Positions 26,801 to 40,520 are shown, counted from the whole stretch's first letter. The stretch: DNA of 63,785 bases, filler included, from Octopus bimaculoides (GCF_001194135.2; 5 parts of 5 records of this genome joined end to end with filler, not necessarily neighbours in it); one strand, 5' to 3'. Notes: generated from the sequence alone by a model not told the origin. Translations and numbers: made by a program.

Positions 26801-28855
26801 AACATTCTATCGCTGTTTTCTTCGCATTTACTAACATAAAGTTCGTTTACCTTCTTCTGTTATTTCCATTCGTCTCCCCATTCTTTTTTTTTTTCCGTGT
26901 GGTGTCTATTCTTATATTTTTAATTTTTTTCATTCCTTGAAATATCACAGAATCACATTTGAGCTGCAGAATCGAAATAAACATGTCCTCTGTAACGCAA
27001 GCTTATTTTCTCTATCTGTCTCTTTCTTTCTATCTTTCTCTCTCTCACACTCTTTCTTTCTTTCTTCTTTCTGTCTCTACACATGTCTCTTTCTGATTTT
27101 GACTTTCTTGTCACTCTGTCTGTCTCATTTATATCTCTCTTTCTTCTAAGTTCTTTCTTTTCTCTCGCATTTTTGTTTCTCCTTTATGTAACATTCCTCT
27201 TTCAAAACGTATTTCCGTTGCTGCATTTCCTCTCAAAATTTTAGCCACATTTTATTTCCCTCTCTTGTTTGCATTCTGAACATTTCATACACATCTATTA
27301 TACTCATCTCTTTTACATCTCCTATGAACGCTTCCATCTTTTTAGATATTTCTCTATGGCGTGTTACTGTCTCTAGTGCATTTAATATAGTTCGCTTCCT
27401 TTTTCACGTTAGAATCTCTCTTTCTTTTCACATTCTCTCTTTCGATCTCACAGACAGGCGTACACACTCATATCTACTCACTGACATACCAATACTCATA
27501 CACACGCGTACTCACGCATAATCAAACAATGTCGTCTCTCACCTTTGCTGTTTCAATGTATTCAGTGTTTCGCTTTACAATTCACGACGCTACTCCACCC
27601 CAGTTCTTAACTTTACGCTACCACCAACACTTTCGCATAAATGCCTAAGCACTGTGTCAGACGCTGCATTTTACCTCCCTCACATTAATTATACACTTTC
27701 TTCTTTTCATTCATTTGCTATTACCTCCTACCACTGATTCCAGTGAATCATCCGCCGGTAGTAGATCTAGTATCCTTTTGTTACAAAGCCGAAGGTCGGC
27801 ATTATGCGATTAAATTGCTATTTATTTCTTTGTGTGTTCAAAAAAAAATGTGTGTGCGCGAACATACATACAGACACACAAACACACACATGCACACACA
27901 CAGAGATACATATATATGTACATGAGTGTATGAGTGTGTATGTGCAGTTATATATCAGTCAATGTATGTGTGTGTATGTGTGTGTGTACGAGAGAGAGAG
28001 AGAGAGAGAGAACAATTGTGTAGTGCGTGTAGCGTCTACTCATAGATACGTAGAGTTATATATGAGTTTAGGTATGTGTACAATATGACTCTGTACATGC
28101 GTACACATACAAAATGAAAGGGAACATGTTCTTTTATATGGTCTTCATTTACATTTTCTCGTCTCGCTTCTTGGTCGCTCCATTCAGAAAAAAAGGTACA
28201 AAATTTGATTTATTCGCTAGTATTACATAGATGTTCAGGTTAAAATAAGAATATGGCTAGGCATCATATATCATTTCTACGACATAATAGTTTATGTATT
28301 TAAATTGTATACAAAACATTTCTTTACGCCAGCATGTGATTAGTTTAGTTACACTCATATATACCAACATATACTTTTGCCTACTAAGCTGCATAAATAT
28401 ATGCGAATAGAAATTTATTGTCGAAGTGAAAACGTAACTCTTCTATGTGTGACTGTTCTTTTACAAACGAGAATACAAGAAATTATTGATGCATACAAAT
28501 TAATGTGTAATGTCTGCTATTATATTTTGCAAAAACGCACACTCAAGCACATTAGAACAGGCAGATTTTTAGAGACGTGTGCACATCAAGGCAAGTACAA
28601 CTACGCATACACATATATAGATACACATAGACTTTCATATACATAGCTATAATTATACATGCATGCATATACACACAGAGGCATGTATATATGTATATAT
28701 ATATATATATATNNNNNNNNNNNNNNNNNNNNNNNNNNNNNNNNNNNNNNNNNNNNNNNNNNNNNNNNNNNNNNNNNNNNNNNNNNNNNNNNNNNNNNNN
28801 NNNNNNNNNNNNNNNNNNNNNNNNNNNNNNNNNNNNNNNNNNNNNNNNNNNNNNN

Positions 28856-28917
<62 letters not shown>

Positions 28918-28920
<3 letters not shown>

Positions 28921-29065
28921 TAGTTTTATTTTTATAACGTGCTTTCACTTCACTACCGAGCGCAGCTCTGTGCGCCTTGGGTATGTGCTGTGGTTTGCTG
29001 TGGTGCTCTTATGTTTACTGTATTGAAAGTGTTTTGCGTAGAATGTGTGCAGTACCCAGTAGTGC

Positions 29066-29066
<1 letters not shown>
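28918..29066 (-). mobile_element. ~150-bp 3' end of an R4/Dong-like non-LTR element in (TAA)n
   Basis: Near-identical to 30566-30714; (TTA)n on both sides. Confidence 0.75.
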
Positions 29067-29103
<37 letters not shown>

Positions 29104-30514
29104 CATTATTATTATTATTATTATTATTAATGAGTGAGAGAGCAGTGAATGCCATCAAAGTGACACTGCGATAAAATATACGAAACCTAGTAAACCATCA
29201 TGTCTACTCATCTGGTAAGGGTACACTAGACAGATGCATCACAAATATATGTATGCGATATGGTCATCACGTATAAGATAAAAAAACGCGTGACCTTGCA
29301 GGCAGGGACTAGTTAGAATTTTCTTAGGGTCGAGTAGCCCTTCCGCTCAAAAGGTTCTTGCATAAGAATTGTTTCAGGATGTTGAACTAAACACCAGTAT
29401 TTTTAAAGATTTATTATCCAAACCGCAAAGAATTCATCTCAACAGTTATGATGCTCTCTGACTACTTCTGTTCTTGATCACAGATACATATATCATCAGG
29501 CACTAAAGAACATGCTCAACTGGTTACGGTCAGAGAACTGACAAGCATATCTGAGGTATTGAGCAGAATATTTGCTATAGCCCATCTTTTATATCACGAC
29601 AAATGCTGCACTTATCACTTTCTCATGTATTGTCTATTCTGTATTTGATGTAATTAGTTCTTCATGCTTGCTCTTGGGCAGCACAGATTAGAGCCTCCAT
29701 TTCCGGTTTCAAATCACTTTTATTCATCCATAGCCGTGTTGTTTCTCTGTATGTCTTATCTTCAATATCTCTATCGTCCATGCATTCTTTTCCTTACCCA
29801 CCGATTTTCAGTTTCATTCGTTTTGAATTGGTTCTACAGTGCTTTATCTTTGCAATATTTCATCCTACAGAATTGAGTTCAGGTACTGTGCTCGCTGCTT
29901 TCATAGATCTTTTCTCAGGTTGTTCCTTCGCATACCATATTTCATTCCCAAAGTCTACCACTTATTTTTGCTGTTGTTGCTGCATTGATGTCTATTTTAT
30001 TTTACAATCCGAGTGCTTATGATATTATTTAGCATTGCTGTATAGTTACAATCTACGTTTTCCTAAAGTACATTTCCTTTTCAGTATTTTATTTCTATTT
30101 CTAATATGCTTGCATTTGTTTTGCGTATATATCTCCGTTTGCTAGTTAGTTTATTAGGGATCATTGCAGTATTCAAGTCTTTATCTAGGTTCTTTTCTTC
30201 GAGATTTTATATGTATATGTTGTGTTTTCATTCTGTGGGTGGAACACTGCTGTAAAATAAAATTGTAGGATTGAAATATATTCCTCACGTGTCCAATGAT
30301 GCTCTTTTGATTATATTTGCGGGACATGTGGAATAATGTCCAACGCTTTATTTTGATGGTCATAATTTTCGTAGGTTATTGGTTCGTTCATTTCTGGTGT
30401 TTTGCATGCGTAGTTTTCCCTACATTTTGTGTAACAAATTTAAAGAACCTACTTCCCGTTTGTTATCCATGGGTTGAATAATAGGGGTATAATTTAATTT
30501 ATTTTTCACAGTTG

Positions 30515-30565
<51 letters not shown>

Positions 30566-30568
<3 letters not shown>

Positions 30569-31350
30569 TAGTTTTATTTGTATAACGTGCTTTCACTTCA
30601 CTACCGAGCGCAGCTCTGTGCGCCTTGGGTATGTGCTGTGGTTTGCTGTGGTGCTCTTATGTTTACTGTATTGAAAGTGTTTTGCATAGAATGTGTGCAG
30701 TACCCAGTAGTGCAATTTTCTGCATGTTATATATATTTGTAAGTCCTGCTGTTTTTGTTATGTATTTGTCTGAATATTTTTTTATTATACTATGATAGGA
30801 ATTGTTTCTGTTTTTAGATTATTATNNNNNNNNNNNNNNNNNNNNNNNNNNNNNNNNNNNNNNNNNNNNNNNNNNNNNNNNNNNNNNNNNNNNNNNNNNN
30901 NNNNNNNNNNNNNNNNNNNNNNNNNNNNNNNNNNNNNNNNNNNNNNNNNNNNNNNNNNNNNNNNNNNNNNNNNNNNNNNNNNNNNNNNNNNNNNNNNNNN
31001 NNNNNNNNNNNNNNNNNNNNNNNNNNNNNNNNNNNNNNNNNNNNNNNNNNNNNNNNNNNNNNNNNNNNNNNNNNNNNNNNNNNNNNNNNNNNNNNNNNNN
31101 NNNNNNNNNNNNNNNNNNNNNNNNNNNGTTATGTATTTGTCTGAATATTTTCTTATTATACCTAAGGCACCTACTATGATAGGAATTGTTTCTGTTTTTA
31201 GATTCCACATTCGAGTTATCTCTATTTCCAGGTCTTTGTATTTTGAAAGTTTTTCCATTTCTTTTAGAGAAACGTTGTCATATGCTGGTATTGATACATC
31301 AATTAGAAAGCATTTTTTTTCTTCATGATCTTTGACAACTATATCTGGTC
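30566..31350 (-). mobile_element. 5'-truncated R4/Dong-like non-LTR retrotransposon in (TAA)n
   Basis: EKLSKYKDLEIEITRMWNLKTETIPIIVGALGII is typical of the C-terminal restriction-like endonuclease region. Flanked by (TTA)n arrays; contains an N gap whose two flanks overlap. Confidence 0.8.
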
Positions 31351-31403
31351 TATTATTATTATTATTATTATTATTATCATTATTATTATTATTATTATTA
31401 TCA

Positions 31404-31479
<76 letters not shown>

Positions 31480-33235
31480 CGTAGATCGATGCACATTAAC
31501 TTGAATTTATGGTCGCTGAGATTGTTACGAGTGTTATGCGTTGGATGCAAATACAACGTCATACATACATGAAACATGAATTAAACATTAACAATACATG
31601 GTTGGCAAGCATGCGGTCCAGGATTTCATATTTGTTTTATTTCTCATCCACTTGACATTACAAAATAGAACACCACCAGTAGCCTTAGAGTACTCATTGG
31701 CATTTACGTGACGTTTACTGCCTCATAACAATTTAATTTTGGATTGCGTTTGGATGGCGAATGTCGGTTTGTGGCATGTAAAAGTGTGTACTAATTTAGA
31801 TTTTGACATGTTACGAAGACAAATAGATTTTTGCCGAGAAATTGATTTCAATATGAGGAAACTTGAATCGCAACGGTACAAAATTGGAATGAGTATGTAA
31901 CTTGTATCCTACTTTCTCTTATAGTTTTATGGCTATCATATTGGTTTCAATAATAATGCAAGAGTATTCATTTCATAACCTTGTCGTTATTCTGAAGTTT
32001 ATTAATGGTCTTGGATTCTATCAATTGGAAAAACGACTTACGATTTTGTGTTTCGAAATTAACTTCTAAGTAGCATCTTAAAAGATGGTATCCAAAGAGA
32101 AATAAACTAATTATAATATAATAATTAATAGTATTCCGACGAACATCCATAGGTGTGTGAATGTAAAAGCCATAATAATTCGGTTAGTTACGGAATATAT
32201 CGATAGTAAGCATCAGTAATGAAGTAGTAGTCACTTTCTTCTTACCGCTGCAAACTTTGTCGGTTGTTGCAATATATTATGAATTCAGTAACTTAAATGA
32301 TTTATCTTAATTTCCTTTTTTTTTTTCATATATAATTAATGGATTAAAATAATTAATATGATTAAATATTTTTGCTGAAATGGCTTAAATTCTTTTCGTC
32401 GCGTATAAAACGTCAATTGATTAGCCACAACCATGTTGTTATATTCACAGTAATTTGTGAGATGACGGCAATTTTAATTCAATATGCATCATTTGCTCAC
32501 AGAGTTACTAACCATTTAAGTATTTTGATACTATGTTGTTTTCGTCCATTTTTTAGTTTTCATTTTGTTGATGAGTCTCTTAAGATTAAGACTTCACTTG
32601 AACGTGCATCAACGTCTCAAAAATATTAGCACCATTTATATGATTTACTTATTTTTACCATTATTCCTTCGTAATTATGACATTGATATTGTTTTACTTA
32701 TTCATTCTGAATTTATTTTAAGACATGTATTTAAGGAAGAACTTTCATAAACACAATTTTATTATACATTTTGACTCCACTATTTCACATCGAATGTGCA
32801 CGTATAAATTTACTTTATTTGAACAATGCATGTTTCCAGTGGCTAATGTTTTGTTAGTGAAGCGCTAGTCGCCTATTATTTTTATTATACTTTCAGAGTT
32901 AATAATAAGATTGTTGTAGATTAACGGAACTATCACAAATAAGACAAAAAAGAAAGAAATATATTGCAATTAGAAAGTAAATTCTGAGGCAGGAATCCCT
33001 TTAGGGTTGTTGCAAACGCTAGTATAATGGAATGTTTACCAAGCGAGTGTTGATTCTTTTCTACTTCCAAGACAACTGACACGCGAAATCGCGTGTTGTA
33101 TCATTCAACAAATAAGTCAGGCGGTATGGAATGCTATTAACACCAAACAATATGTCTTTAGCAGGAATGTATGTAGTAAGAAGTTAAATAATAATAATGA
33201 CACCGCTAAGGCAAAACGATAAGGATGATGATAAG

Positions 33236-33480
33236 ACGAAGAAGAAGAAGAAGAAGAAGAAGAAGAAGAAGAAGAACAACAACAACAACAACAGTAATAA
33301 TAATAATAAGAAGAAGAAGAAGAAGAAGAAGAAGAGGAAGGAGAAGAAGAAGAAGAAGAAGAAGAAGGAGAAGAAGAAGAAGAAGAAGAAGAAGAAGAAG
33401 AAGAAGAAGAAGAAGAAGAAGAAGAAGAAGAAGAAGAAGAAGAAGAAGAAGAAGAAGAAGAAGAAGAAGAAGAAGAAGAA
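33236..33480 (+). repeat. (GAA)n / (AAC) / (TAA) compound microsatellite
   Basis: Directly visible; explains the poly-K/R/S/L ORFs. Confidence 0.97.
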
Positions 33481-33499
33481 ATAATAATGATGATAATAA

Positions 33500-33890
33500 T
33501 AATAATTCCTTTATTGGCCACCAGGGCCGAACACAAAACATAGAAGACGATGCACAGACGAGGGACAGTGAGGTCAAACGTGCACACAGCAAACAAACAC
33601 AACGATCAACAAAAATTGTTGTGGCTGTAAAACCATATGTATGGGTGCAGAAGTTTGCTTCTTGCATTTCCTTTAGAAAAAGTAAGAAGTGGTTGACGAA
33701 CCATTTCTATGAGTTCCCCAGCCCATTTGGTCTCTTTATTTCCACGATTGTAATAGCATTGATTACTGTATGGACAGCTGTTGAAAAGGACATCAACCGC
33801 TTTGCCTACAATGTCATGGCCAAGCTGGTGGCAAAGATCAAGTTGTTCAAAAAACCTTCCAAGGGACAACGCGTAGAACACATGCGCTAG
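33500..33890 (-). mobile_element. Probable 5'-truncated L1/Tx1-type 3' end
   Basis: Minus strand ends GGCCCTGGTGGCCAATAAAGGAATTATTATT. The peptide AHVFYA resembles the H-x-F-Y-x-C motif at the end of ORF2. Confidence 0.45.
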
Positions 33891-34560
33891 GTTTCAGAGC
33901 CAGCTTGAGGCCGATGTGAAAGATGAGCGCGGCTATTTTCAACAAATTGTTATCTACTAAATATAATCTAGTTGATATGTTCTGATTTAATAAAAATGCT
34001 TAAACTTTTAGATAGGACATTGTGATCCCTATTATTCAAACTGTCAGACTGAATACCAAACACTCTCTATAAACACATGTTCGCTATTTGCGACGAAATC
34101 AGTATTGTATAGCGTTCTGTATATGTAACTTAACATGGATATATTGTAGGAGAGATATAGTAATATGGTAATTGTTTTGAGAAAGTTTGTCATACACACT
34201 CGTAATACTAAAAGAGCGCAAAATGTCAGTGCTGTTCAACACGCTAGTTCTGTACGAGATGGTTTCTCGAGACGAATACCGTGATATTGTTGCTTTCTTA
34301 TAGTAAATCCGCGTGAATATATAGAAAATGTTATATACATATCTCATTGTGTCTTTATTTTTAAAAGTTTGTTGTGAACAAAAGAAAAGTAATACAAGGC
34401 AGTTGGTATTGGAGAGACGTAGCCTAAATTAACTGAGTTGGTCTATCCGTGCATTTTGATTTCAAGATAAGTTGTTGTTTGTGGAAAAAACATGACTGCT
34501 ATTTTCATCTGCTCATGTGGTTACTTATCCTTATTCGCTTAATGTATATGGTTTTCCCTA

Positions 34561-34990
34561 TACTCTCAGTCTATCTTACTTTTTTACTTGTTTCAGTCAT
34601 TTGACTGTGGCCATGCTGTAGCACCGCATTTTTAGTCGAGCAAATCGCCCCCAGGACTTATTCTTTGAAAGCGTAGTACTTATTATATCGGTCTATTTTA
34701 ACGAACCGCTAAGTTATGGGTATATAAACACACCACCATCGGTTGTCAAGCGATTCTAGGGGGAAAAACACAGACGCACAAAAATATGCACACGCATATA
34801 TATATATATATATATATACATATATACGACGGGATTCTTTGAGGTTTCCGTCTACCAAATCCACTCACAAGGCTTTGGTCGACCCGAGGTTATAGTAGAA
34901 GACACTTGCCCAAGGTGCCACGCAGTGGCAATAAACCCTGGAACAATGAGGTTGGTGACCAAGCTACTTACCACACAGCCACTCCTGCGC

Positions 34991-34993
<3 letters not shown>
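34561..34993 (-). mobile_element. Essentially complete OK/OR-type SINE
   Basis: Head, core, internal (TA)n and tail all present in reverse complement. Confidence 0.9.
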
Positions 34994-35030
<37 letters not shown>

Positions 35031-36870
35031 GTGAAAATATAAGGATGGAATACGCTGATCCTTACGTTTATAAGGGTCAGTATGTTAGTAGTAAATCCTC
35101 AATAAAACTAACGCGTGAGTGATGATCAGGAAAATTAACAGTCGAAAAACAGTTGGCGGTAAATTGTTAAAAAAACAAAACAACTAGATTATTATATAGG
35201 AAGCAATTAAGAATTGAAATCTGTTTTATATCTTCAGGATGAATGAAAATTGAAAAACATGAATATGAATCTAGAAATCGTAGTGCTGAATCAATCCATA
35301 TGAAACTTGCATAGAAAGTGAAATATCTGAAATTTATATACATATATACATCAAAAGAGAAATTGTTAAACAAGACAGAAAGAAGTTACTTAATGTGTGC
35401 ATAGGATTAAATTTACATTTAATAATTTTAGATAAACTGAAATGAATATAATTAAATAGAGACTGAGTGAATAGTATAATTAACATTAATAATTCTTAAA
35501 TTTAAATATAGTTTCGCTAATTGTAAATAGCTTTAGTTAAAGAATTAATTACCAGGTATATGCTCCCTAAGAATTGTGCGTCTAAACTATTAATTAAATT
35601 GAGGAATATCGTAATATATCCCAATAAGTTATACTATTAATAAAAGGGAAACGGAATGTTTTGTCTATTCATATAGTTAAAGAAATTATATTTATATTTA
35701 TTGAATTTAAATAGATTTGATCTACGTAAACATTGTATGAATAACACAATACCTAAGTTCCAAAAGTTAAATATACTTTCTTTGTAATCAACTAACTTTA
35801 GGTAAACATATACACCCTTTTCATAGTAAATGAAAATCATACATCTACACCATTAATTAAATACACAATTACAGGTAAGAACCCAAACTATCAAGTAATT
35901 TATCTAATCAAATAATTTATATAAGTAACAAATGACATATAACTTATCATAAGAAGAAACAAATTCAATAAATAAATAAATAAGTAAAAGGTAGCAAATA
36001 AGTAAATGCCTAGATTTATATTACCAATAAATATGAAGATTTAAATAGAGAGTACAAATGGTAAAGGGGTCAATAACACTCTATAGTTAATGAGGAATGT
36101 GTTTTTGAGATAATGATAAATGACCAGTGGATATTAACATGACCTAACCTTCTTAACTATGCCTATCCCTTGTCCAATGATGTCAAAAACAACATCTAGC
36201 CATATTTAGAACGGAATCAAAGACGCACAGACCACAATGCATTTAAAATAAGCTCACCATTCGTTAGGATGTATAAAATAACGGTCAGTTTTTACTTTGA
36301 TAAATACTTGCGCCGACGAAGGAGTTTGCTTTTTCAAATTCATAAAGCAATTTAAATACTTAACTATGGATTCAAGTAAATTAAACCGAAACGTGCGTAG
36401 GCAACATGAATTGAATATTATTATAATAAATACATTGATTATTCTGTGGCTGAAATCGGGCTAGTGAAAGAAAATTTATAAAAAGACTTCACATTAATTG
36501 TGAATTGCTTCCAGTTTGTGGATTAAAGCAAAAAATAGCTTTCGTCAACACAATACCAGGATAGTGAAAATATAAGTCCAAATAGGTGTACATACCGTCC
36601 AAAGCATGTTCACACGCCTACATACAAATATTTACACGTATAGATCGAAAGAATGTCAATTTATAAATCACCTCACGACCGCCAACATCCATATTATAGG
36701 AATAGTCAAGCAGTAAATGCTCTTCTGGTCAGGAGTAAAAATCCTTAGAATATCTTATTTATTAATTCGCGAAGGAATATAGGGATAAGGATACAAATCA
36801 CATTATAGCATGCTGATTATTTGATAAAAAATATAAACATGGTTTTTATCCTTATATTCCTTTGTGATTT

Positions 36871-36902
<32 letters not shown>

Positions 36903-37002
36903 NNNNNNNNNNNNNNNNNNNNNNNNNNNNNNNNNNNNNNNNNNNNTTAATTAATTAANNNNNNNNNNNNNNNNNNNNNNNNNNNNNNNNNNNNNNNNNN
37001 NN
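36903..37002. other. Artificial 100-bp gap linker
   Basis: 44 N + TTAATTAATTAA (36947-36958) + 44 N. Confidence 0.95.
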
Positions 37003-37004
37003 AC

Positions 37005-37052
<48 letters not shown>

Positions 37053-37140
37053 GTGTATGTATATGTTTGTGTGTCTGTGTTTGTTCCCCCAACATCGCTT
37101 GACAACCGATGCTGGTGTATTTATGTCCCCGTAACTTTAG
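37003..37140 (+). mobile_element. OK/OR-type SINE, middle part
   Basis: GTGTCTGTGTTTGTTCCCCCAACATCGCTTGACAACCGATGCTGGTG...CCCCGTAACTT. Confidence 0.8.
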
Positions 37141-37348
37141 CCCCTTGAGTGCAGTAAAGTAATAAGAAACTTGAGTTGACCTTTCATTGTTACATCTGTA
37201 TTTTTGCAATAGATTTATTACAACACTCACCTGTATGCTTCCTGTTTGTACCATTCATTTTAAATTACCTTGTATTTAATATCCTTTAAATATTACCGGG
37301 TCACACATTTAAAACAAATGACATTTATTTGCCTGTTTATCTTTGTAG

Positions 37349-38508
37349 GGTCCGATTATTCATAAGAAATTTCTTCCAAATCGACCTGATCTAAACTTGT
37401 CGTCTGCAAGAGCAGATCTTTTCTCTTCAGTCAAAAATAAAACATTTGATATGGGCTGGCGCCAAGAGGTTGCAAAGAAGTCCATGTCTTTCTCACAGAA
37501 CCAGTCACATATGTCCAGCTTTCGAGCTAACCACAGTAGCTGGAGAAATGTATCTCACAGTCATAATGTTGGCAACCATATAACTAGGGTTGTTTCAAAG
37601 AGGCCAACTTTATCGCCACATAAGGAATCGCCATCTGTCTCGAAAAAGAAATCACCTGCTAAGTTTTCTTCCTTTAAGGTGCCGCCACCGAGAAAACATC
37701 CATCTTTGAGAATTCTCCAACGTGATGCCAGAAGATTAGAGAAGCATTTAAGTGAAACTAAAGAACATAACTTGAGGTCACGAGCAAGAGATTTAGTGAC
37801 AAACTTACAACCTCCTATGTTGGTAAAGGATGTGAGAAAAGCAGGCAAGACAACCCAAAACAAACAAAGGGCTTCTGATGAGGCCAAAAAGACCAAGCAC
37901 AGATCACCACGAGCCACAAAAGATGCAAAAGATTTGCCCAAACAAACACCACAAAAGAAAAATTTAGTACAAAACATGCAATCACAGGAAATGGTAAATA
38001 GCATTCAGAAGCGGAAGCTGAGGTCTTTTATCGTTAATCAGAAAGACAAATGCAATGCTCAGTCAGCCTCTAGTTCAAAAACCGCTGCTGCTGCTTCCGA
38101 AGTTCCTGCCATTAGTAATAAAAGGAAGAGAAATAGTCACAAGAAATCGTTAACTGAACCAATTCCTAAAAGGCAAAAAGTACAACATGTAAAAAAACCT
38201 GACCCCAAAGCACAAAAACCTGACCCCAAAGCACAAAAACCTGACCCCAAAGCACAAAAACCTGACCCCAAAGCACAAAAACCTGACCCCAAAGCACAAA
38301 AGTCTGAAACTTTAACGAAAAAACCTAATACAAGATTACAGATATCTCAAACAAGAACATCGAGAACTGAACAGAAAAGACAGTTATCTGCACCAAAATC
38401 TAAATTACCATCGAAGCCGCTTCCAAAATCCAACACCAGTGAACGATTCTTAGACAAATGGATCGTTTACCAAGATGAGAATGAAACTTTCATCAAAGGG
38501 CATGTTAA
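37349..38508 (+). CDS. MIS18BP1: MIS18BP1/KNL2 homologue, exon A (long K/S/R-rich region and start of SANTA)
   Basis: Acceptor ctttgtag|GGT; 1160-nt open frame; ends FLDKWIVYQDENETFIKGHVK (SANTA N-terminal L..W....G pattern); donor AA|gtaagt, phase 2. No upstream start exon identified. Confidence 0.85.
38195..38299 (+). repeat. Perfect coding 21-bp tandem repeat x5 encoding KPDPKAQ
   Basis: AAACCTGACCCCAAAGCACAA repeated five times in frame. Confidence 0.97.
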
Positions 38509-38567
38509 GTAAGTAGCATTTTGAAGCATCTTTATCTGCTATTTGTACTTATTATATGGTGTACTGT

Positions 38568-39010
38568 GGATGCGCCTGGCTTAGTGGTTAGGGTGTCAGC
38601 ATCATGATTGTAAGATTGTGGTTTCGATTCCTGGTCCGGGCGACACGTTGTGTTCTTGAGCAAAACACTTCATTTCACGTTGCTCCAGTCCACTCAGCTG
38701 GCAAAAATGAGTAACGCTGCGATGGATTGGCATCCCGTCCAGCTGGGGAATGCATACGCCATTGAAACCGGGCCCATGAGCCTGGTTAGGCTTTAAGAGG
38801 GCGCTTTTATTCGGAGGCGCAATGGCCCAGTGGTTAGGGCAGCGGACTCACGGTCGGAGGATCGCGGTTTCGATTCCCAGACCGGGCATTGAGTGTTTAT
38901 TGAGCGAAAACACCTAAAGCTCCACGAGGCTCTGGCAGGGGGTGGTAGAAGATGCCCATGGTGTCATGCAGTGGGACTGAAACCTGAACCATGTGGTTGG
39001 GAAGCAAAGA
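38568..39010 (+). mobile_element. Cluster of tRNA-derived SINE copies and fragments
   Basis: Heads GGCTTAGTGGTTAGG...GGTTTCGATTCC (38568) and GGCCCAGTGGTTAGG...GGTTTCGATTCCC (38814) with A/B-box-like motifs, plus an OK-type fragment near 38945-39010. Confidence 0.8.
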
Positions 39011-39242
39011 TTCTTACAGCTAGACAAAATATTCAAAATTATACCAGTGTTTTTATTTAGCCCCAGGTCAGCCTTAAACAAACAAATTTATGATCAAAGG
39101 TAGTCCAGCCAAGACCCTTCTTTCTATTTTCTTTTTCTTTTCTTTTTTTTTTTGACACAGTGAATCTAGAACTACATTATCCAGTGTGTTCCTTCTTATT
39201 TAATCATTTTGATACCAGCTCATTTGGTTTTGTGTTACAAAC

Positions 39243-39670
39243 ATCATCATCATCATCATCGTTTAACATCCGCTTTCCATGCTAGCATGGGTTGGACGAT
39301 TTCACTGAGGACTGGTGAAACCAGATGGCTATACCAGGCTCCAATCTGATCTGGCAGAGTTTCTACAGCTAGATGCTCTTCCTAACGCCAACCACTCCAA
39401 GAGTGTAGTGGGTGCTTTTACGTGTCACCGGCACAAAGGCCAGTCACGCGGTACAAGCAATGGCCATGCTCAAAATGGTGTATTTTACGTGCCACCTGCA
39501 CAGGAGCCAGTCCAGCGGCACTGGCACGATCTCGCTTGAATGTCTTTACACATGCCACCGGCACAAGCGCCATCACGATTTTGCTTTCGCTTGCCCCAAC
39601 AGGTCTTCACAAGCCGAGTGTCATGTCCTGCAGAGGAGCAAGTCCAGCAGCACTGGCAGCGATCAAACAT
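39243..39670 (-). mobile_element. Retroposon with (GAT)n tail and internal GCCACCGGCAC subrepeats
   Basis: (CAT)n then CGTTTAACATCCGCTTTCCATGCTAGCATGGG. Subrepeats recur at 44580-44790 and 45940-46080. Confidence 0.65.
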
Positions 39671-39944
39671 TGTTTTTAATTGAGCAAAATTGAAATCCTT
39701 CTACGAAAAATTCATGTTTATTTGTGTTTGTAACGCTGTCTTAAGAATGACAAACTTAATTTACTAAATTCTTCATTATTTTAAAAATTAATTAAAGCAA
39801 AGGCAGAACGTTTCGCTAGAAATATGCTTTAAAAAACCAAGGTTTATTTGGTAGGTTGTGATTAGGTAGAGATTTTGTGAGATTTCTAGAGGCTTGACTG
39901 CTTAGAGATTTCTTCATTGGTTTGCATGTTAATTATTCTTTTAG

Positions 39945-40078
39945 GGACTGCAGCCCAAATACATTCTGGAGAAGCACTCCCGTTGTAAGGCGAATTGAAA
40001 ACTATGTATTGGAGACTCAGTCAGGAACGAACTGTATTATATCAGGACCACCATATGCATCTGCAATGTTAAGCAAAG
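39945..40078 (+). CDS. MIS18BP1: MIS18BP1 exon B (SANTA core)
   Basis: ttttag|G GAC...; DCSPNTFWRSTPVVRRIENYVLETQSGTNCIISGPPYASAMLSK matches SANTA W.S..I..RI....L.T.SG. Phase 2 to phase 1, donor G|gtttga. Confidence 0.88.
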
Positions 40079-40199
40079 GTTTGATAAAATGTTTTGCATA
40101 TGTAATAATTTGCATCTATATAATTTTTGGTTGAGAAGGAGCATTTTGTTGGGATGGAAGTTAATATGGGAGGTTGTTAGTTTTAATTTTGTAATCCTT

Positions 40200-40520
40200 T
40201 AGCACTTAAACTGGCGAGATACGACCTCTCACATCCACCTTACGGTTCTAGTTTTGCCACCCTTTAACATTTAAACTGGCCAGATCTGGCCTCTCATACT
40301 GACCCTACAATGTCATTCCAAAGTGAAACAATCACATCTGAAATCTCAAAGTTACATGGTTACGTCAAAACAATGTGAATAAATAAGTATTAAATTTTTG
40401 ATCTGGTCTCTCACACCTACCCTACAAGGTCGTTCTAAAAATAAACAATTGCACCATCTGAACTCTCAGAGTTATCAGGCTACGCATAATTAAGTTAAAA
40501 CAATGTAAATAAATAAGTAT
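40200..40520. repeat. Diverged tandem copies of a ~130-bp repeat
   Basis: GATCTGG.CTCTCA.AC..ACCCTACAA and AAAACAATGT.AATAAATAAGTAT each occur twice. Confidence 0.6.

Noticed and set aside
30721-31205. Apparent internal duplication across the N gap in the R4-like element
   Set aside because: The gap flanks overlap almost exactly; probably an unmerged contig or haplotype overlap.
36150-36300. Minus-strand splice-like signals (ATG|gtgag at ~36258 and a 47-nt block at ~36152-36198)
   Set aside because: No frame gives a start-containing open product; unsupported without RNA data.
16620-36902. Search for a host gene in this 20-kb segment
   Set aside because: Only short isolated splice-like blocks (e.g. 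20220-20297, 18634-18658) with no recognisable product; probably intron or intergenic.
38814-38890. tRNA-like sequences at SINE heads (also 13510, 38568, 40966, 43329)
   Set aside because: They continue into SINE bodies and lack a complete cloverleaf; not tRNA genes.
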